NCBI RefSeq assembly: GCF_009557235.1
Contig: NZ_CP045650.1
Coordinates: 150,001 to 182,000 of the forward strand
From: Acinetobacter wanghuae
Lineage (GTDB): Bacteria; Pseudomonadota; Gammaproteobacteria; Pseudomonadales; Moraxellaceae
DNA: 32,000 nt
Direction: 5' to 3'
How positions within the stretch are numbered: position 1 is the first letter of the stretch; the number at the start of each line of letters is the position of its first letter. Below are positions 18,601 through 26,248 of this stretch, one piece after another. The position numbers were made by a program, and so were the translations under genes. The notes under the pieces were generated by a model. That model worked only from the letters and a program-made list of their open reading frames with translations, was not told where the DNA came from and did not search any database.

Positions 18601-19113
18601 AATCATTGCCAAAATGGCTAAGATCCCTGTCAGAACCAATACGCCATTGGTGGTATTGGTAATGCCTGCAGACGGTTCCAAAATGACCGCAGCACTCAAT
18701 GCAATTGCACGAAGTTGTAATGCCAAATACGGAATAATGGCGATCACGGCAAGAATGGTCACCAAAGATGCCAGTGTGCCACTTTTGCCATAACGTGCAG
18801 CCACAAAGTCCGCAATGGATGAAATCGCATGATGCTGACGTACACGTCCAAGCCGTCGCCAAATATCGTAACCGAGCGCCACAAATAGCAATGGACCTAA
18901 ATAGATCGGCAGGAAAATAATCCCTTCACGAACAGCCGCACCTGTTGCACCATAAAATGTCCACGAAGAACAATAGACACCTAAAGTTAAACTAAACAAT
19001 AGCATGCGTCCTCGGGTGCTAAGACGACTGGCGTGTTTCTCCCCGAAAAATGCACAAATAAAGAGTAATGCGATATAGAGGGCTAGAACCCCGATGATGA
19101 GCCAACTGTTCAT
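15625..19113 (-). CDS. crbS: Hybrid sensor histidine kinase with an N-terminal sodium:solute-symporter (SLC5/SSS) domain, STAC-like linker, PAS, HisKA/HATPase and C-terminal receiver (CrbS/MxtR architecture)
   Basis: 1162 aa. Residues 1-520 form about 13 TM helices of SSS type. Residues ~545-630 read ...FTEQYLAGTIGAASARTLL (STAC-like). Residues ~650-770 form the PAS domain. The H-box is FIAAASHDLLQP (H814), the N-box is NFVSNALRY, G1 is DTGPGI and G2 is GLGLGL. The REC domain spans 1047-1160 with D1096 and K1144-P. No Hpt domain is present. Confidence 0.85.
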   Translation of the reverse strand: MNSWLIIGVLALYIALLFICAFFGEKHASRLSTRGRMLLFSLTLGVYCSSWTFYGATGAAVREGIIFLPIYLGPLLFVALGYDIWRRLGRVRQHHAISSIADFVAARYGKSGTLASLVTILAVIAIIPYLALQLRAIALSAAVILEPSAGITNTTNGVLVLTGILAILAMIFGTRQIANTEQHGGLMLAVAFESFVKLFALIAVAAFFIFQAPENLPQITRDMSMTFRDVQLLGVPESFWVQTLLAALAIICLPRQFHVAVVELRDEKHIRGARRWFTAYLLLTTIAIIPIASWALHAAPQYLAIPDVAVLSLPLSYNQDWLTLLAFLGGFSASTGMLLVSSVALSIMLSNDLIMPALWRFNFISRHDKRLPLVLKFTRRICILGVMLLGFLFYTFFNDINQLSVFGLLAFSAVAQFSPALIGGLYWRGGSKQGVYAGLLTGFALWAYTLLLPTMLRSLPESYQAFSQNFIEHGPFGINWLRPEGLLGFESLDPLTHGVIWALGLNILLYIWVSRIFRPSIAEQIQAESFFYYETKPLPSQSLNSEVNYSHQDVARLKVGDLITLAKRITGEEPTTRAFQQFCTQNNVELHENSSANGMWWRFTEQYLAGTIGAASARTLLTTAMVNNGLALGQVANILDQASQWQRFNQNLIMTMIDHMTQGVSVIDENMCLVAWNNQYLKLFDYPKEIVYVGCPVSDLIRYNAERGECGPGSVEEHVRKRMHWMSVGSAHEFERIRKDGRVIQMRGNPIEGGGFVTTFADITAFRENEALLEGRVQDRTQQLADALSEQQLAREQADKANMSKSRFIAAASHDLLQPMHAARLFSTALEQSIQSDEDRKTLQQLDRALHGAESMLSALLDIARLEGGTIQPKRQAYPLHDLLSDLELQFKSIAAQRGIQFSVHDAQFWIDTDPQWIRRIIQNFVSNALRYTARGKVVVGVLRSSSKPNHIRIGVWDTGPGIAEEQRIKLFQEFERCGHTSPWGEQGLGLGLAIVQRMTSMLNYPVHVYSALGQGSCFMIEVPLTTAPKVVAAPTQAAPLKSKSFKVLCLDNDEAILEGMSTLLTKWGYQVFKATEPEQAALLVQQENIQVWLVDQHLNQNKLGLDFILEHRGDNIPVALITADSDPELPQRLKELNIVLLRKPLKPASLRSWLSGLKISD

Positions 19114-19295
19114 ATAGCCTGACGTGTACTGAGCAGAACACTATGATAACGCATGATGAAAGTGATCGCCTGAATTGATTATTTTTTAACGACCAAAGTC
19201 TAAATTACAAGCAATACAGAACCTTGTTAACGTAGCACAGTAATAATTCAAATTAAAAAATAGTCAGCCCATGGTCGGGCGATAGGAGTGTAATT

Positions 19296-19628
19296 ATGGA
19301 TGAGGCGAAGGTAGAACGCATTCTACAAAATCCCAAATTCAAAGCAATGGTCCAAAAAAAACGTAATTTAAGTTGGACGTTAACGATCATCATGTTGGTG
19401 GTCTATGTCGGATTTATGCTGTTAGTCGGTTATAACAAAGAATTTTTATTAAGTTCAGTCTCAGGTGGCGTGACCACATGGGGCATTCCCTTAGGTCTTG
19501 GCATTATTGTTTTATCGTTCGTGCTGTGCTGGGTGTATTCGTATATTGCCAATAATACATTGGATCAATTGAATGCCGAAGCCATCCGCGAAGTTGAAGC
19601 GATCGCTAAAGAAAAAGGAACACACTAA
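19296..19628 (+). CDS. yjcH: DUF485 inner-membrane protein (YjcH-like), partner of ActP
   Basis: 110 aa with two TM helices and AGGAG 7 nt before the ATG. Its stop lies 1 nt before the actP ATG, the conserved yjcH-actP arrangement. Confidence 0.85.
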   Translation: MDEAKVERILQNPKFKAMVQKKRNLSWTLTIIMLVVYVGFMLLVGYNKEFLLSSVSGGVTTWGIPLGLGIIVLSFVLCWVYSYIANNTLDQLNAEAIREVEAIAKEKGTH

Positions 19629-19629
19629 G

Positions 19630-21345
19630 ATGAAAGGGAATTCTTTGAAAAATTTAGCTTTAGCAGCAATCGCACTGATGATGTCATCAGTGGCATTGGC
19701 AGGTCCAGACTTAGGTGCAGCAGAGCAGCAAGCGACCAATTGGCATGCCATTATCATGTTTGTCATCTTTGTCGGTGGTACCTTGTTTATTACTAAATGG
19801 GCAGCCAAGCAAACCACAAATACCAATGATTTCTATACCGCAGGTGGCGGTATTTCTGGCTTCCAAAATGGTTTAGCCATTGCCGGTGACTTTATGTCAG
19901 CAGCGTCATTTCTTGGTATTTCTGCAATGGTGTTCTTGTCGGGCTTTGATGGCTTGCTGTACTCACTCGGCTTTATGGTCGGTTGGCCGATTGTTTTATT
20001 CTTGGTTGCAGAACGTTTGCGTAACCTGGGTAAATTTAACTTATCGGATGTCGTTTCATTCCGCTTAGAAGAAAAACCCGTTCGTACTTTGGCCGCTATC
20101 AGTTCATTGGTTGTGGTGGCATTCTATTTAATCGCACAGATGGTTGGTGCGGGTCAGCTTATCAAACTGCTGTTCGGTTTAAATTATAATCTTGCTGTTG
20201 TGATTGTTGGTTTGCTGATGATGGCGTATGTCATGTTTGGCGGTATGTTGGCAACCACTTGGGTACAAATCATTAAAGCGGTGATGTTGCTCTCAGGTGC
20301 AACCTTCATGGCATTTATGGTGATGAAAGGCGTAGGCTTTAGCTTCACTAATATGTTTGAACAAGCGATTGGCATGTATTCAAGTGTACATAACATTAGC
20401 TTGATTGAAGCAACCAAAATCATGGGACCGGGTAGCTTAGCATCGAATCCAATTGATGCGATTTCACTGGGTCTAGCGTTGATGTTTGGTACAGCAGGCT
20501 TGCCACATATTTTGATGCGTTTCTTTACAGTAAAAGATGCCAAAGAAGCGCGTAAATCTGTGGTTGTTGCAACGGGTTTTATTGGTTACTTCTACCTACT
20601 TACCTTCATTATTGGTTTCGGTGCGATTCTATACGTTGCCAATAATCCACAGTTCCTTGATGTGGCTAAAATGGCGATTACCGGTAAGCTAGAATTAGTG
20701 GGCGGTAATAACATGGCTGCGGTTCACTTGGCAGATGCTGTCGGTGGCGACCTGTTCATGGGCTTTATTTCTGCGGTGGCATTCGCAACAATTCTTGCGG
20801 TTGTAGCAGGTTTAACCTTGTCAGGTGCGTCTGCAATTTCGCATGACTTATACGCGAACGTATTCAAAAAAGGTCAAACAACGCCTGAATCTGAATTGCG
20901 TATGTCAAAAATCGCAACACTTGGCTTGGCTATCTTTGCGATGGTATTGGGTATTTTGTTCGAGAAACAAAACGTAGCCTTCATGGTGGGTTTAGCATTC
21001 TCAGTTGCGGCATGTGCAAACTTCCCAGTACTGGTTTTATCCATGTATTGGAAAGGTTTAACGACACGTGGTGCAGTCGTGGGTGGCATCGTTGGCTTAG
21101 TAACTGCGGTGACGCTAATTGTATTGTCTAAAGCCGTTTGGGTCGACACTTTGGGTATCTCAGACAAAGCAATCAATCCATTTAATGGTCCTGCAATCTT
21201 TGCAATGCCGTTATCGTTCTTCTGCTGTTGGTTATTCTCTGTGACAGATAATTCTGCAAAGGCACAAGCAGAGCGTAAGGCATTTGATGCACAGTTTGTT
21301 CGTTCACAAACGGGTATTGGTATCTCAGGTGCTTCAGATCACTAA
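19630..21345 (+). CDS. actP: Cation/acetate symporter (SSS family)
   Basis: A 571-aa polytopic SSS protein with [29 protein letters not shown] and [14 protein letters not shown], as in ActP. The ORF track starts at 19573 inside yjcH. ATG 19630, with AAGGAA upstream, is the credible start. Confidence 0.92.
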   Translation: MKGNSLKNLALAAIALMMSSVALAGPDLGAAEQQATNWHAIIMFVIFVGGTLFITKWAAKQTTNTNDFYTAGGGISGFQNGLAIAGDFMSAASFLGISAMVFLSGFDGLLYSLGFMVGWPIVLFLVAERLRNLGKFNLSDVVSFRLEEKPVRTLAAISSLVVVAFYLIAQMVGAGQLIKLLFGLNYNLAVVIVGLLMMAYVMFGGMLATTWVQIIKAVMLLSGATFMAFMVMKGVGFSFTNMFEQAIGMYSSVHNISLIEATKIMGPGSLASNPIDAISLGLALMFGTAGLPHILMRFFTVKDAKEARKSVVVATGFIGYFYLLTFIIGFGAILYVANNPQFLDVAKMAITGKLELVGGNNMAAVHLADAVGGDLFMGFISAVAFATILAVVAGLTLSGASAISHDLYANVFKKGQTTPESELRMSKIATLGLAIFAMVLGILFEKQNVAFMVGLAFSVAACANFPVLVLSMYWKGLTTRGAVVGGIVGLVTAVTLIVLSKAVWVDTLGISDKAINPFNGPAIFAMPLSFFCCWLFSVTDNSAKAQAERKAFDAQFVRSQTGIGISGASDH

Positions 21346-21360
21346 GAGCAACTTTTATTA

Positions 21361-21386
21361 AAAAAGTCCCGAAAGGGGCTTTTTTA
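21361..21386 (+). terminator. Rho-independent terminator of yjcH-actP
   Basis: AAAAGTCCC-gaaa-GGGGCTTTT with one G-U pair, followed by a T run, 16 nt after the actP stop. Confidence 0.55.
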
Positions 21387-21437
21387 TTGTCTGATTCTTT
21401 TATCTAAGGATGGCGTTTAGATTAAATTTCAAGCAGG

Positions 21438-22205
21438 ATGAATACGCAGAATAATGAAAATATATTCATGATCCATTCTAAGGACAGTATGAAACAGACG
21501 ATTTTAAAAATGTGGCAAGATTTTAAAAATTTGCCTTCAGCATGGTTATTACTGATCCAATTTATATTATTGGTGTTGTCTGTATTGGCGTATGACAATG
21601 TGTCTTATCGTGCCGGAATATGGGTCATTGGCGTGTTATTGCTGTTGGTGGTCGCGAAAGTTATTCGGCAGACACCCGTGTTTACCATATTGGGATTAAG
21701 CTGCGTCGCAGGTGCGATCTTCTTTTCACTGTTAATTTTATTGGGTGTTCATCGTCCATGGGTGCATATCACGGCACATGCGTTTGAAGCTGCAGCTTAT
21801 TTTTCTGCCGCCTATGGTTTATTGCGTTATATGTTCCATGATCGCTATTTAACGAAAGATGAATTGTTTGCAGCTGGTGCGGTATTTACTTTGTTGGCTT
21901 GGGGCTTTGCCTTTTTATATAGTATTTGTCAGTTGATTTATCCAGCAAGTTTTTCGAGTCCCAATGGGCAGCCTTTACAAGCATGGTTTGATTTATTGTT
22001 TTTAAGCTTTAGCGTGCAATCTGCAACAGGATTATCAGATCTGATGCCCATCAGTCCATTCGCGCGCATGTTGGCAATGATTCAAATGTTTTTTGGCGTG
22101 ATGTATTTAGCAGTGATTGTCTCTCGGCTGATTGCGCTGCAATATATTCGTCATTTACCCGACAAAGCGCGTTTAACGCATAAGCACAAGCCACCTAAAG
22201 AATAA
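21438..22205 (+). CDS. Ion-channel family membrane protein (K+-channel-like pore domain, non-canonical filter ATGLSD)
   Basis: Multiple TM helices are followed by a pore-helix-like WFDLLFLSFSVQSATGLSD and a final TM helix. This aligns by eye to ...ALYFSVVTLTTVGYGD of K+ channels. Start is ambiguous: ATG at 21438, 21468 or 21489. Confidence 0.65.
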   Translation: MNTQNNENIFMIHSKDSMKQTILKMWQDFKNLPSAWLLLIQFILLVLSVLAYDNVSYRAGIWVIGVLLLLVVAKVIRQTPVFTILGLSCVAGAIFFSLLILLGVHRPWVHITAHAFEAAAYFSAAYGLLRYMFHDRYLTKDELFAAGAVFTLLAWGFAFLYSICQLIYPASFSSPNGQPLQAWFDLLFLSFSVQSATGLSDLMPISPFARMLAMIQMFFGVMYLAVIVSRLIALQYIRHLPDKARLTHKHKPPKE

Positions 22206-22224
22206 AAGAACTAACGACTACTGA

Positions 22225-22243
22225 TTAAGTTACAGTAACTTAA
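22225..22243. promoter_or_regulatory. Perfect 19-bp palindrome TTAAGTTAC-A-GTAACTTAA, candidate operator upstream of the BCCT gene
   Basis: 9-bp arms around one central base. A 1-nt loop cannot form an RNA hairpin, so a dimeric DNA-binding site is more likely. It lies 138 bp upstream of the BCCT start codon. Confidence 0.3.
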
Positions 22244-22380
22244 CTGCTTTATATTCTCGCTATGACTAAAATAACAACAGATTCAGTTTTTATACACTGA
22301 ACGTTCTGAGCATTTTCTATTTATTCATCATGATTTGATTCAGTTTGCTTATTTAACTTTTACAAAAAAATGGGGGATTT

Positions 22381-24351
22381 ATGCCTTCCAATAAATCATC
22401 TTGGTTTGCCAATATCAATCCAAATGTATTTATCAGTACTGTGGTGATCATTGCCATCTTTTTAGCTTTGGTGGTGTTTGCACCGAATTCATTCGAGCTA
22501 TTAACGCAGCACATGAACCAATGGATTACCCAATCCTTTAGCTGGTTCTATGTCTTATCCGTCGCGATTTTTTTAATTTTACTGATTTATATTGCGCTAT
22601 CAGACATGGGCAAAATTAAATTAGGACCTGATCATAGTCAACCCAAATATAGCAGTGCATCTTGGTTTGCTATGCTGTTTACCGCCGGTATGGGGATTGG
22701 TTTGATGTTCTTTGGTGTGGCTGAACCAGTCATGCACTATGTCACACCGCCCGTTGGTGAACCCGAAACCGTCCTTGCTGCGCAACAAGCGATGCGTGTC
22801 ACCTTCTTCCATTGGGGCTTACATGCATGGGCAATTTACACTTTAGTGGGTTTGTCTCTGGCTTATTTTGCCTATCGCCATCAATTGCCGTTAAAAATTC
22901 GCTCATCCTTATATCCTTTGATTGGTAAAAGAATTTATGGACCGATTGGCGATGGTGTCGATACTTTTGCCACGATTGGTACTGTCTTTGGTGTGGCAAC
23001 CACCTTGGGCTTTGGTGTGACACAAATCAACTCTGGTCTGAATTATTTGTTCGGAATTGAACAAAGTGCAAGTAACCAAGTGATTTTAATTATCGTGGTC
23101 AGTGCGATGGCAGCCACCTCGGTATTTTTTGGTTTAGATAAAGGCATTAAACGCTTGGCTGAATTGAATTTAGTCCTCGCACTGCTGTTATTGTTCTTTG
23201 TGTTTATTGCCGGTCCAAGTATCTATTTACTACAAACGACAATTCAAAATGCAGGTCAGTATCTGTCGAATTTGTTTAGCATGACCTTCAATTTGTATGC
23301 CTATCAGCCGAGTGGTTGGATTGGTGGCTGGACCATTATGTATTGGGCGTGGTGGATTTCTTGGTCGCCATTTGTTGGGATGTTTATTGCACGCGTCTCA
23401 GAAGGACGGAGTATCCGAGAGTTTATTGTGGGCGTGCTGTTGATTCCGACAGGCTTTACCCTCATTTGGATGGGCTTTATGGGCAATGCCGCATTGTTTA
23501 GCATTATGCATGAAGCCAATACCTCCTTATTAGATGCGGTACAACGTGATTCTTCGGTGGCTCTGTTCGAGTTTCTAAGTCATCTGCCTTTCAGTTCGGT
23601 GACCAGCATTATTGCAACCATATTGGTGATGCTCTTTTTCGTGACCTCTGCCGATTCAGGTGCGCTAGTCACAGATTATTTGACCGCAAAAACGGACAAT
23701 TCACCGACTTGGCAACGCCTGTTTTGGACAGTGTTGATGGCACTTTTGGCAATCATATTGTTATTGGTTGGTGGGCTTCAAGCGCTGCAATCAGCCACGA
23801 TCATGAGTGCCTTACCTTTTACCATTATTATGCTGTTTATTTGTTGGGGCTTAGTCAAAGCGCTGCATTTGGATGTTACCAAAATGCATGCCCTGCAAGC
23901 CGCACGCATTACGCCACGTGCAATTCAAAACCCACGGAGTTGGCAACAGCGTTTGGGGTTAATCATGCACTATTCACACACCGAACAAGAAGTGCAGGAT
24001 TATATTCAAACTACCGTAAACAATGCCTTTATGAGTTTTCGAAGTGAATTAAAAAGACGCAATTTACAGGTCAATATTAAAACTTTAGAAAATGGACTTC
24101 AGTTACGTGTGGATCATCAGGATGAAATTAATTTTATCTATCAGGTGAATAACACTCAAACGTTGAGTCCGCGTTTTATGGCAGATGCAGCTCCTGATGA
24201 AAGCCATTCTTATCAGGCAGAGGTCTTTTTAAGAGAGGGTGGACAAAATTATGATGTGATGGAGTGGACGCAAGAAGATCTATTACAAGATATTTTGGAT
24301 CAATATGAACGTCATCTTCATTTCTTAAGTTTAGTCCGTACACCTGAGTAA
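22381..24351 (+). CDS. BCCT-family transporter (betaine/carnitine/choline type) with a cytoplasmic C-terminal extension of about 150 aa
   Basis: 656 aa with a GGGGGA SD. Contains FAMLFTAGMGIGLMFFGVAEP and the tryptophan-rich WTIMYWAWWISWSPFVGMFIARVSEGRSIREF motif diagnostic of BCCT carriers. Confidence 0.9.
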   Translation: MPSNKSSWFANINPNVFISTVVIIAIFLALVVFAPNSFELLTQHMNQWITQSFSWFYVLSVAIFLILLIYIALSDMGKIKLGPDHSQPKYSSASWFAMLFTAGMGIGLMFFGVAEPVMHYVTPPVGEPETVLAAQQAMRVTFFHWGLHAWAIYTLVGLSLAYFAYRHQLPLKIRSSLYPLIGKRIYGPIGDGVDTFATIGTVFGVATTLGFGVTQINSGLNYLFGIEQSASNQVILIIVVSAMAATSVFFGLDKGIKRLAELNLVLALLLLFFVFIAGPSIYLLQTTIQNAGQYLSNLFSMTFNLYAYQPSGWIGGWTIMYWAWWISWSPFVGMFIARVSEGRSIREFIVGVLLIPTGFTLIWMGFMGNAALFSIMHEANTSLLDAVQRDSSVALFEFLSHLPFSSVTSIIATILVMLFFVTSADSGALVTDYLTAKTDNSPTWQRLFWTVLMALLAIILLLVGGLQALQSATIMSALPFTIIMLFICWGLVKALHLDVTKMHALQAARITPRAIQNPRSWQQRLGLIMHYSHTEQEVQDYIQTTVNNAFMSFRSELKRRNLQVNIKTLENGLQLRVDHQDEINFIYQVNNTQTLSPRFMADAAPDESHSYQAEVFLREGGQNYDVMEWTQEDLLQDILDQYERHLHFLSLVRTPE

Positions 24352-24365
24352 GCTAAAACAAACCT

Positions 24366-24396
24366 AAAAAAAGGACGCATAACGCGTCCTTTTTTG
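24366..24396. terminator. Bidirectional terminator between the BCCT gene and the porin gene
   Basis: AAAAAAA-GGACGC-ataac-GCGTCC-TTTTTT between convergent genes. Confidence 0.65.
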
Positions 24397-24418
24397 ATTC
24401 AGAATCTAATTTAAAAAA

Positions 24419-25303
24419 TTAGAAACGGAATTTAGCATTTAAGCCAACAGTTTGAGTATCAAGCTCTGAACCATTTTCAGCATTAGCATTTACGTAGCTT
24501 GCACCAACAGCAACAGCTGGAGTGATGAAGTAGTTTACGTTCGCACCCAAAGCTTTGTCTGGTGAACCAGCGTAGCTAGATTCTAAGTAAGAAACACCAA
24601 CGCTTAGTTTAGGGTTAAGGTAAAGAGTTGTACCTAGGTTGAAAGCAGTTGCTTCACCATAAACTAAACCAGATTCAAAACCGATTGACATGTTAGTGCC
24701 ATCGATACCACCAACGTATTTAGTACGTGCAGTGATTGCATCTTGATCGTCTGCAATTGTTTTAGATTCAAGCGCAGCTTTAGCAACACCGTTAGAAGCA
24801 ATGTTGAAAGCATCATAAGACACTTGGTCAGCAACGCTTGTGTAACCAACAGCAACTAAGAAGTTAGGAAGAACTAAAGCACCAAGTTCTAAAGCATAAC
24901 GGTCGCCATTGTCATCAGTTTCGCCAGCTTTGTTGTCAGTAATTGTGTGGTTGTAAGACGCGCTTGCATACACAGGTACAACTTTAGTTGGTACGTAAGC
25001 TTCACCTTTCACACCGAAAGTGTGGTTAGCAGTACGTGTACGGCCATCTTCTTCTTGACCATTTTCGCCGTAGCTATAAGCAGCAGAAACGTTCGATGCA
25101 TGGTTAAGGAAAGCAGCTTCATCTAAAGGACCTTTAGAAGAGTCAACATCGTTGAAGTAGTAAGTACCTTGAACAGCGCCTGTGAAGTCTTTGTCGTTAG
25201 CAGTGTTGTCGATGTGTTCTGCTTGACCTTGAACTTCGAATTGATACGCTTGAGCACCGGTCATCGCTAATAATAAAGCAGTGGCTAAACCAAGTTTTTT
25301 CAT
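24419..25303 (-). CDS. omp33: Outer-membrane beta-barrel porin, Omp33-36-like
   Basis: Signal peptide MKKLGLATALLLAMTGAQA|YQFEVQG, alternating beta-strand pattern, no Cys, and a C-terminal ...GLNAKFRF (terminal Phe). The N-terminus matches my recollection of A. baumannii Omp33-36. The ORF track start (TTG 25360) is too long; ATG 25303 (or 25315) fits the signal peptide. Confidence 0.75.
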   Translation of the reverse strand: MKKLGLATALLLAMTGAQAYQFEVQGQAEHIDNTANDKDFTGAVQGTYYFNDVDSSKGPLDEAAFLNHASNVSAAYSYGENGQEEDGRTRTANHTFGVKGEAYVPTKVVPVYASASYNHTITDNKAGETDDNGDRYALELGALVLPNFLVAVGYTSVADQVSYDAFNIASNGVAKAALESKTIADDQDAITARTKYVGGIDGTNMSIGFESGLVYGEATAFNLGTTLYLNPKLSVGVSYLESSYAGSPDKALGANVNYFITPAVAVGASYVNANAENGSELDTQTVGLNAKFRF

Positions 25304-25345
25304 GATAATTACCATTTTGATACAAGGGAGTTGAAACAAGTCACG

Positions 25346-25373
25346 ATTGTATTGTAACAATTTATGTTGTCAA
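25346..25373 (-). promoter_or_regulatory. Sigma70-type promoter for the porin gene
   Basis: On the minus strand, TTGACA (25373-25368), a 16-nt spacer, then TACAAT (25351-25346). The predicted TSS is about 36 nt upstream of ATG 25303. Confidence 0.5.
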
Positions 25374-25709
25374 TGGATGCAATTATGTTCTTTTCTTAAA
25401 CATTTTTGTCATATATTTTTTGTGTATTATTCTAGCAATGCCTTTTATTTTTCTTTCTTTTTTTTAAAAAATTGAAAATTAACAATATGTTGTATGTTCT
25501 ATGCTGTTGTTCAGAATAAATTTTAAGATGAAATTTGTTATCTTTCTTGCATATTACTTGAGCGGTTATTTACGAAAAAATGAATGCAATAGCAAATAAA
25601 TTTCATATTAAACAATTAGATAATTGGGTATTTAATTTTGATTAATAATTATTCAAGTGTTTGTTTAATTAATGATCAGTTGATTTATATTCATCCAAAA
25701 GATGTCTTT

Positions 25710-25731
25710 AACTGTGATTTTTGTCACATTT
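25710..25731. promoter_or_regulatory. CRP/Vfr-type binding site AACTGTGATTTTTGTCACATTT
   Basis: Perfect TGTGA-N6-TCACA core (25713-25717 / 25724-25728) with an AA / TTT flank. By my count it matches the E. coli CRP consensus AAATGTGATCTAGATCACATTT at 17 of 22 positions. Confidence 0.5.
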
Positions 25732-25764
25732 AATTTTAATAGTGTGATGTGGTATAAAACCAAG

Positions 25765-25910
25765 TGTTTTAATCGGCTTTACTTTTTAGGTGATCTTTAC
25801 CATAATTTCAATATCAACTTAGACATCACATATAGATTTCTAACTTGTACAAATCTCCACGATTTTGTTTTTATCAGCCCAACTTTCCCCAAGGTTGGGC
25901 TTTTTTTTAT
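25765..25910 (+). ncRNA. Candidate small RNA of about 145 nt (orphan promoter plus terminator)
   Basis: An extended -10 TGgTATAAA lies at 25750-25758, downstream of the CRP-like site. No ATG occurs between about 25765 and 25875. The candidate ends at a strong intrinsic terminator (25876-25910). No plus-strand gene lies upstream. Confidence 0.3.
25876..25910 (+). terminator. Strong plus-strand-only intrinsic terminator with no gene upstream
   Basis: AGCCCAACTTT-cccc-AAGGTTGGGCT (11 bp including one G-U pair) followed by 8 T. The reverse complement lacks a U tract. Confidence 0.7.
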
Positions 25911-26042
25911 TCAAAAAAAGACCCTAAATCATCTAAATGTTTACATGAGTTTAATTAAAGAACTAAACCTAAATTGAAAAATAAATCGCACCAAAATGAT
26001 GCATTAATTTTAAGGGGCTTCATCATTGTTTTTCATTCGGAT

Positions 26043-26081
26043 AAAAAAAATCCCAGTCTTCATAGAAAACTGGGATTTTTT
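26043..26081. terminator. Second orphan intrinsic terminator (bidirectional shape)
   Basis: AAAAAAAA-TCCCAGT-(11 nt)-ACTGGGA-TTTTTT. No annotated gene ends here on either strand. Confidence 0.65.
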
Positions 26082-26248
26082 CGCCAAAATTTGCGGGAAA
26101 ACTAAAATATCTGCTGAGGAATAAAGTAGCTCGCCCTAATGCGGTGCATTATGCACTTAATTGTTGCATGTGTAAATAGTCTGAAAATACTGTTTTATTC
26201 TTTTTTTAGCTTATTTTTTGGATTCTTTTATTATTTTCTAATAAGGCA
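26043..26248 (-). ncRNA. Candidate minus-strand non-coding transcript of about 200 nt
   Basis: On the minus strand, a consensus TTGACA lies at 26284-26279. It is followed after 17 nt by TTTATA, or after 19 nt by TATAAG, giving a predicted TSS near 26248. The transcript would run into the 26043-26081 terminator. The longest ATG ORF on that strand is 15 codons. Confidence 0.2.

Noticed and set aside
19573-19629. The ORF track extends actP 57 nt upstream, overlapping the end of yjcH ([19 protein letters not shown]...).
   Set aside because: The extension lies inside the yjcH reading frame region and has no SD. ATG 19630, 1 nt after the yjcH stop and preceded by AAGGAA, gives the normal yjcH-actP coupling and an ActP-like N-terminus.
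25528-25599. A 23-codon hydrophobic ORF (MKFVIFLAYYLSGYLRKNECNSK) that resembles a type I toxin peptide.
   Set aside because: It has no SD, no obvious antisense RNA partner and no terminator. AT-rich DNA yields such F/I/L/K-rich peptides by chance. Sequence alone does not support it.
25702-25977. A 91-aa ORF in the long porin-cyclase spacer.
   Set aside because: It reads straight through the CRP-like site and a strong intrinsic terminator. It has no SD and is built from AT-rich codons (F, N, I, L, K, Y). It is most likely a chance ORF in AT-rich DNA.
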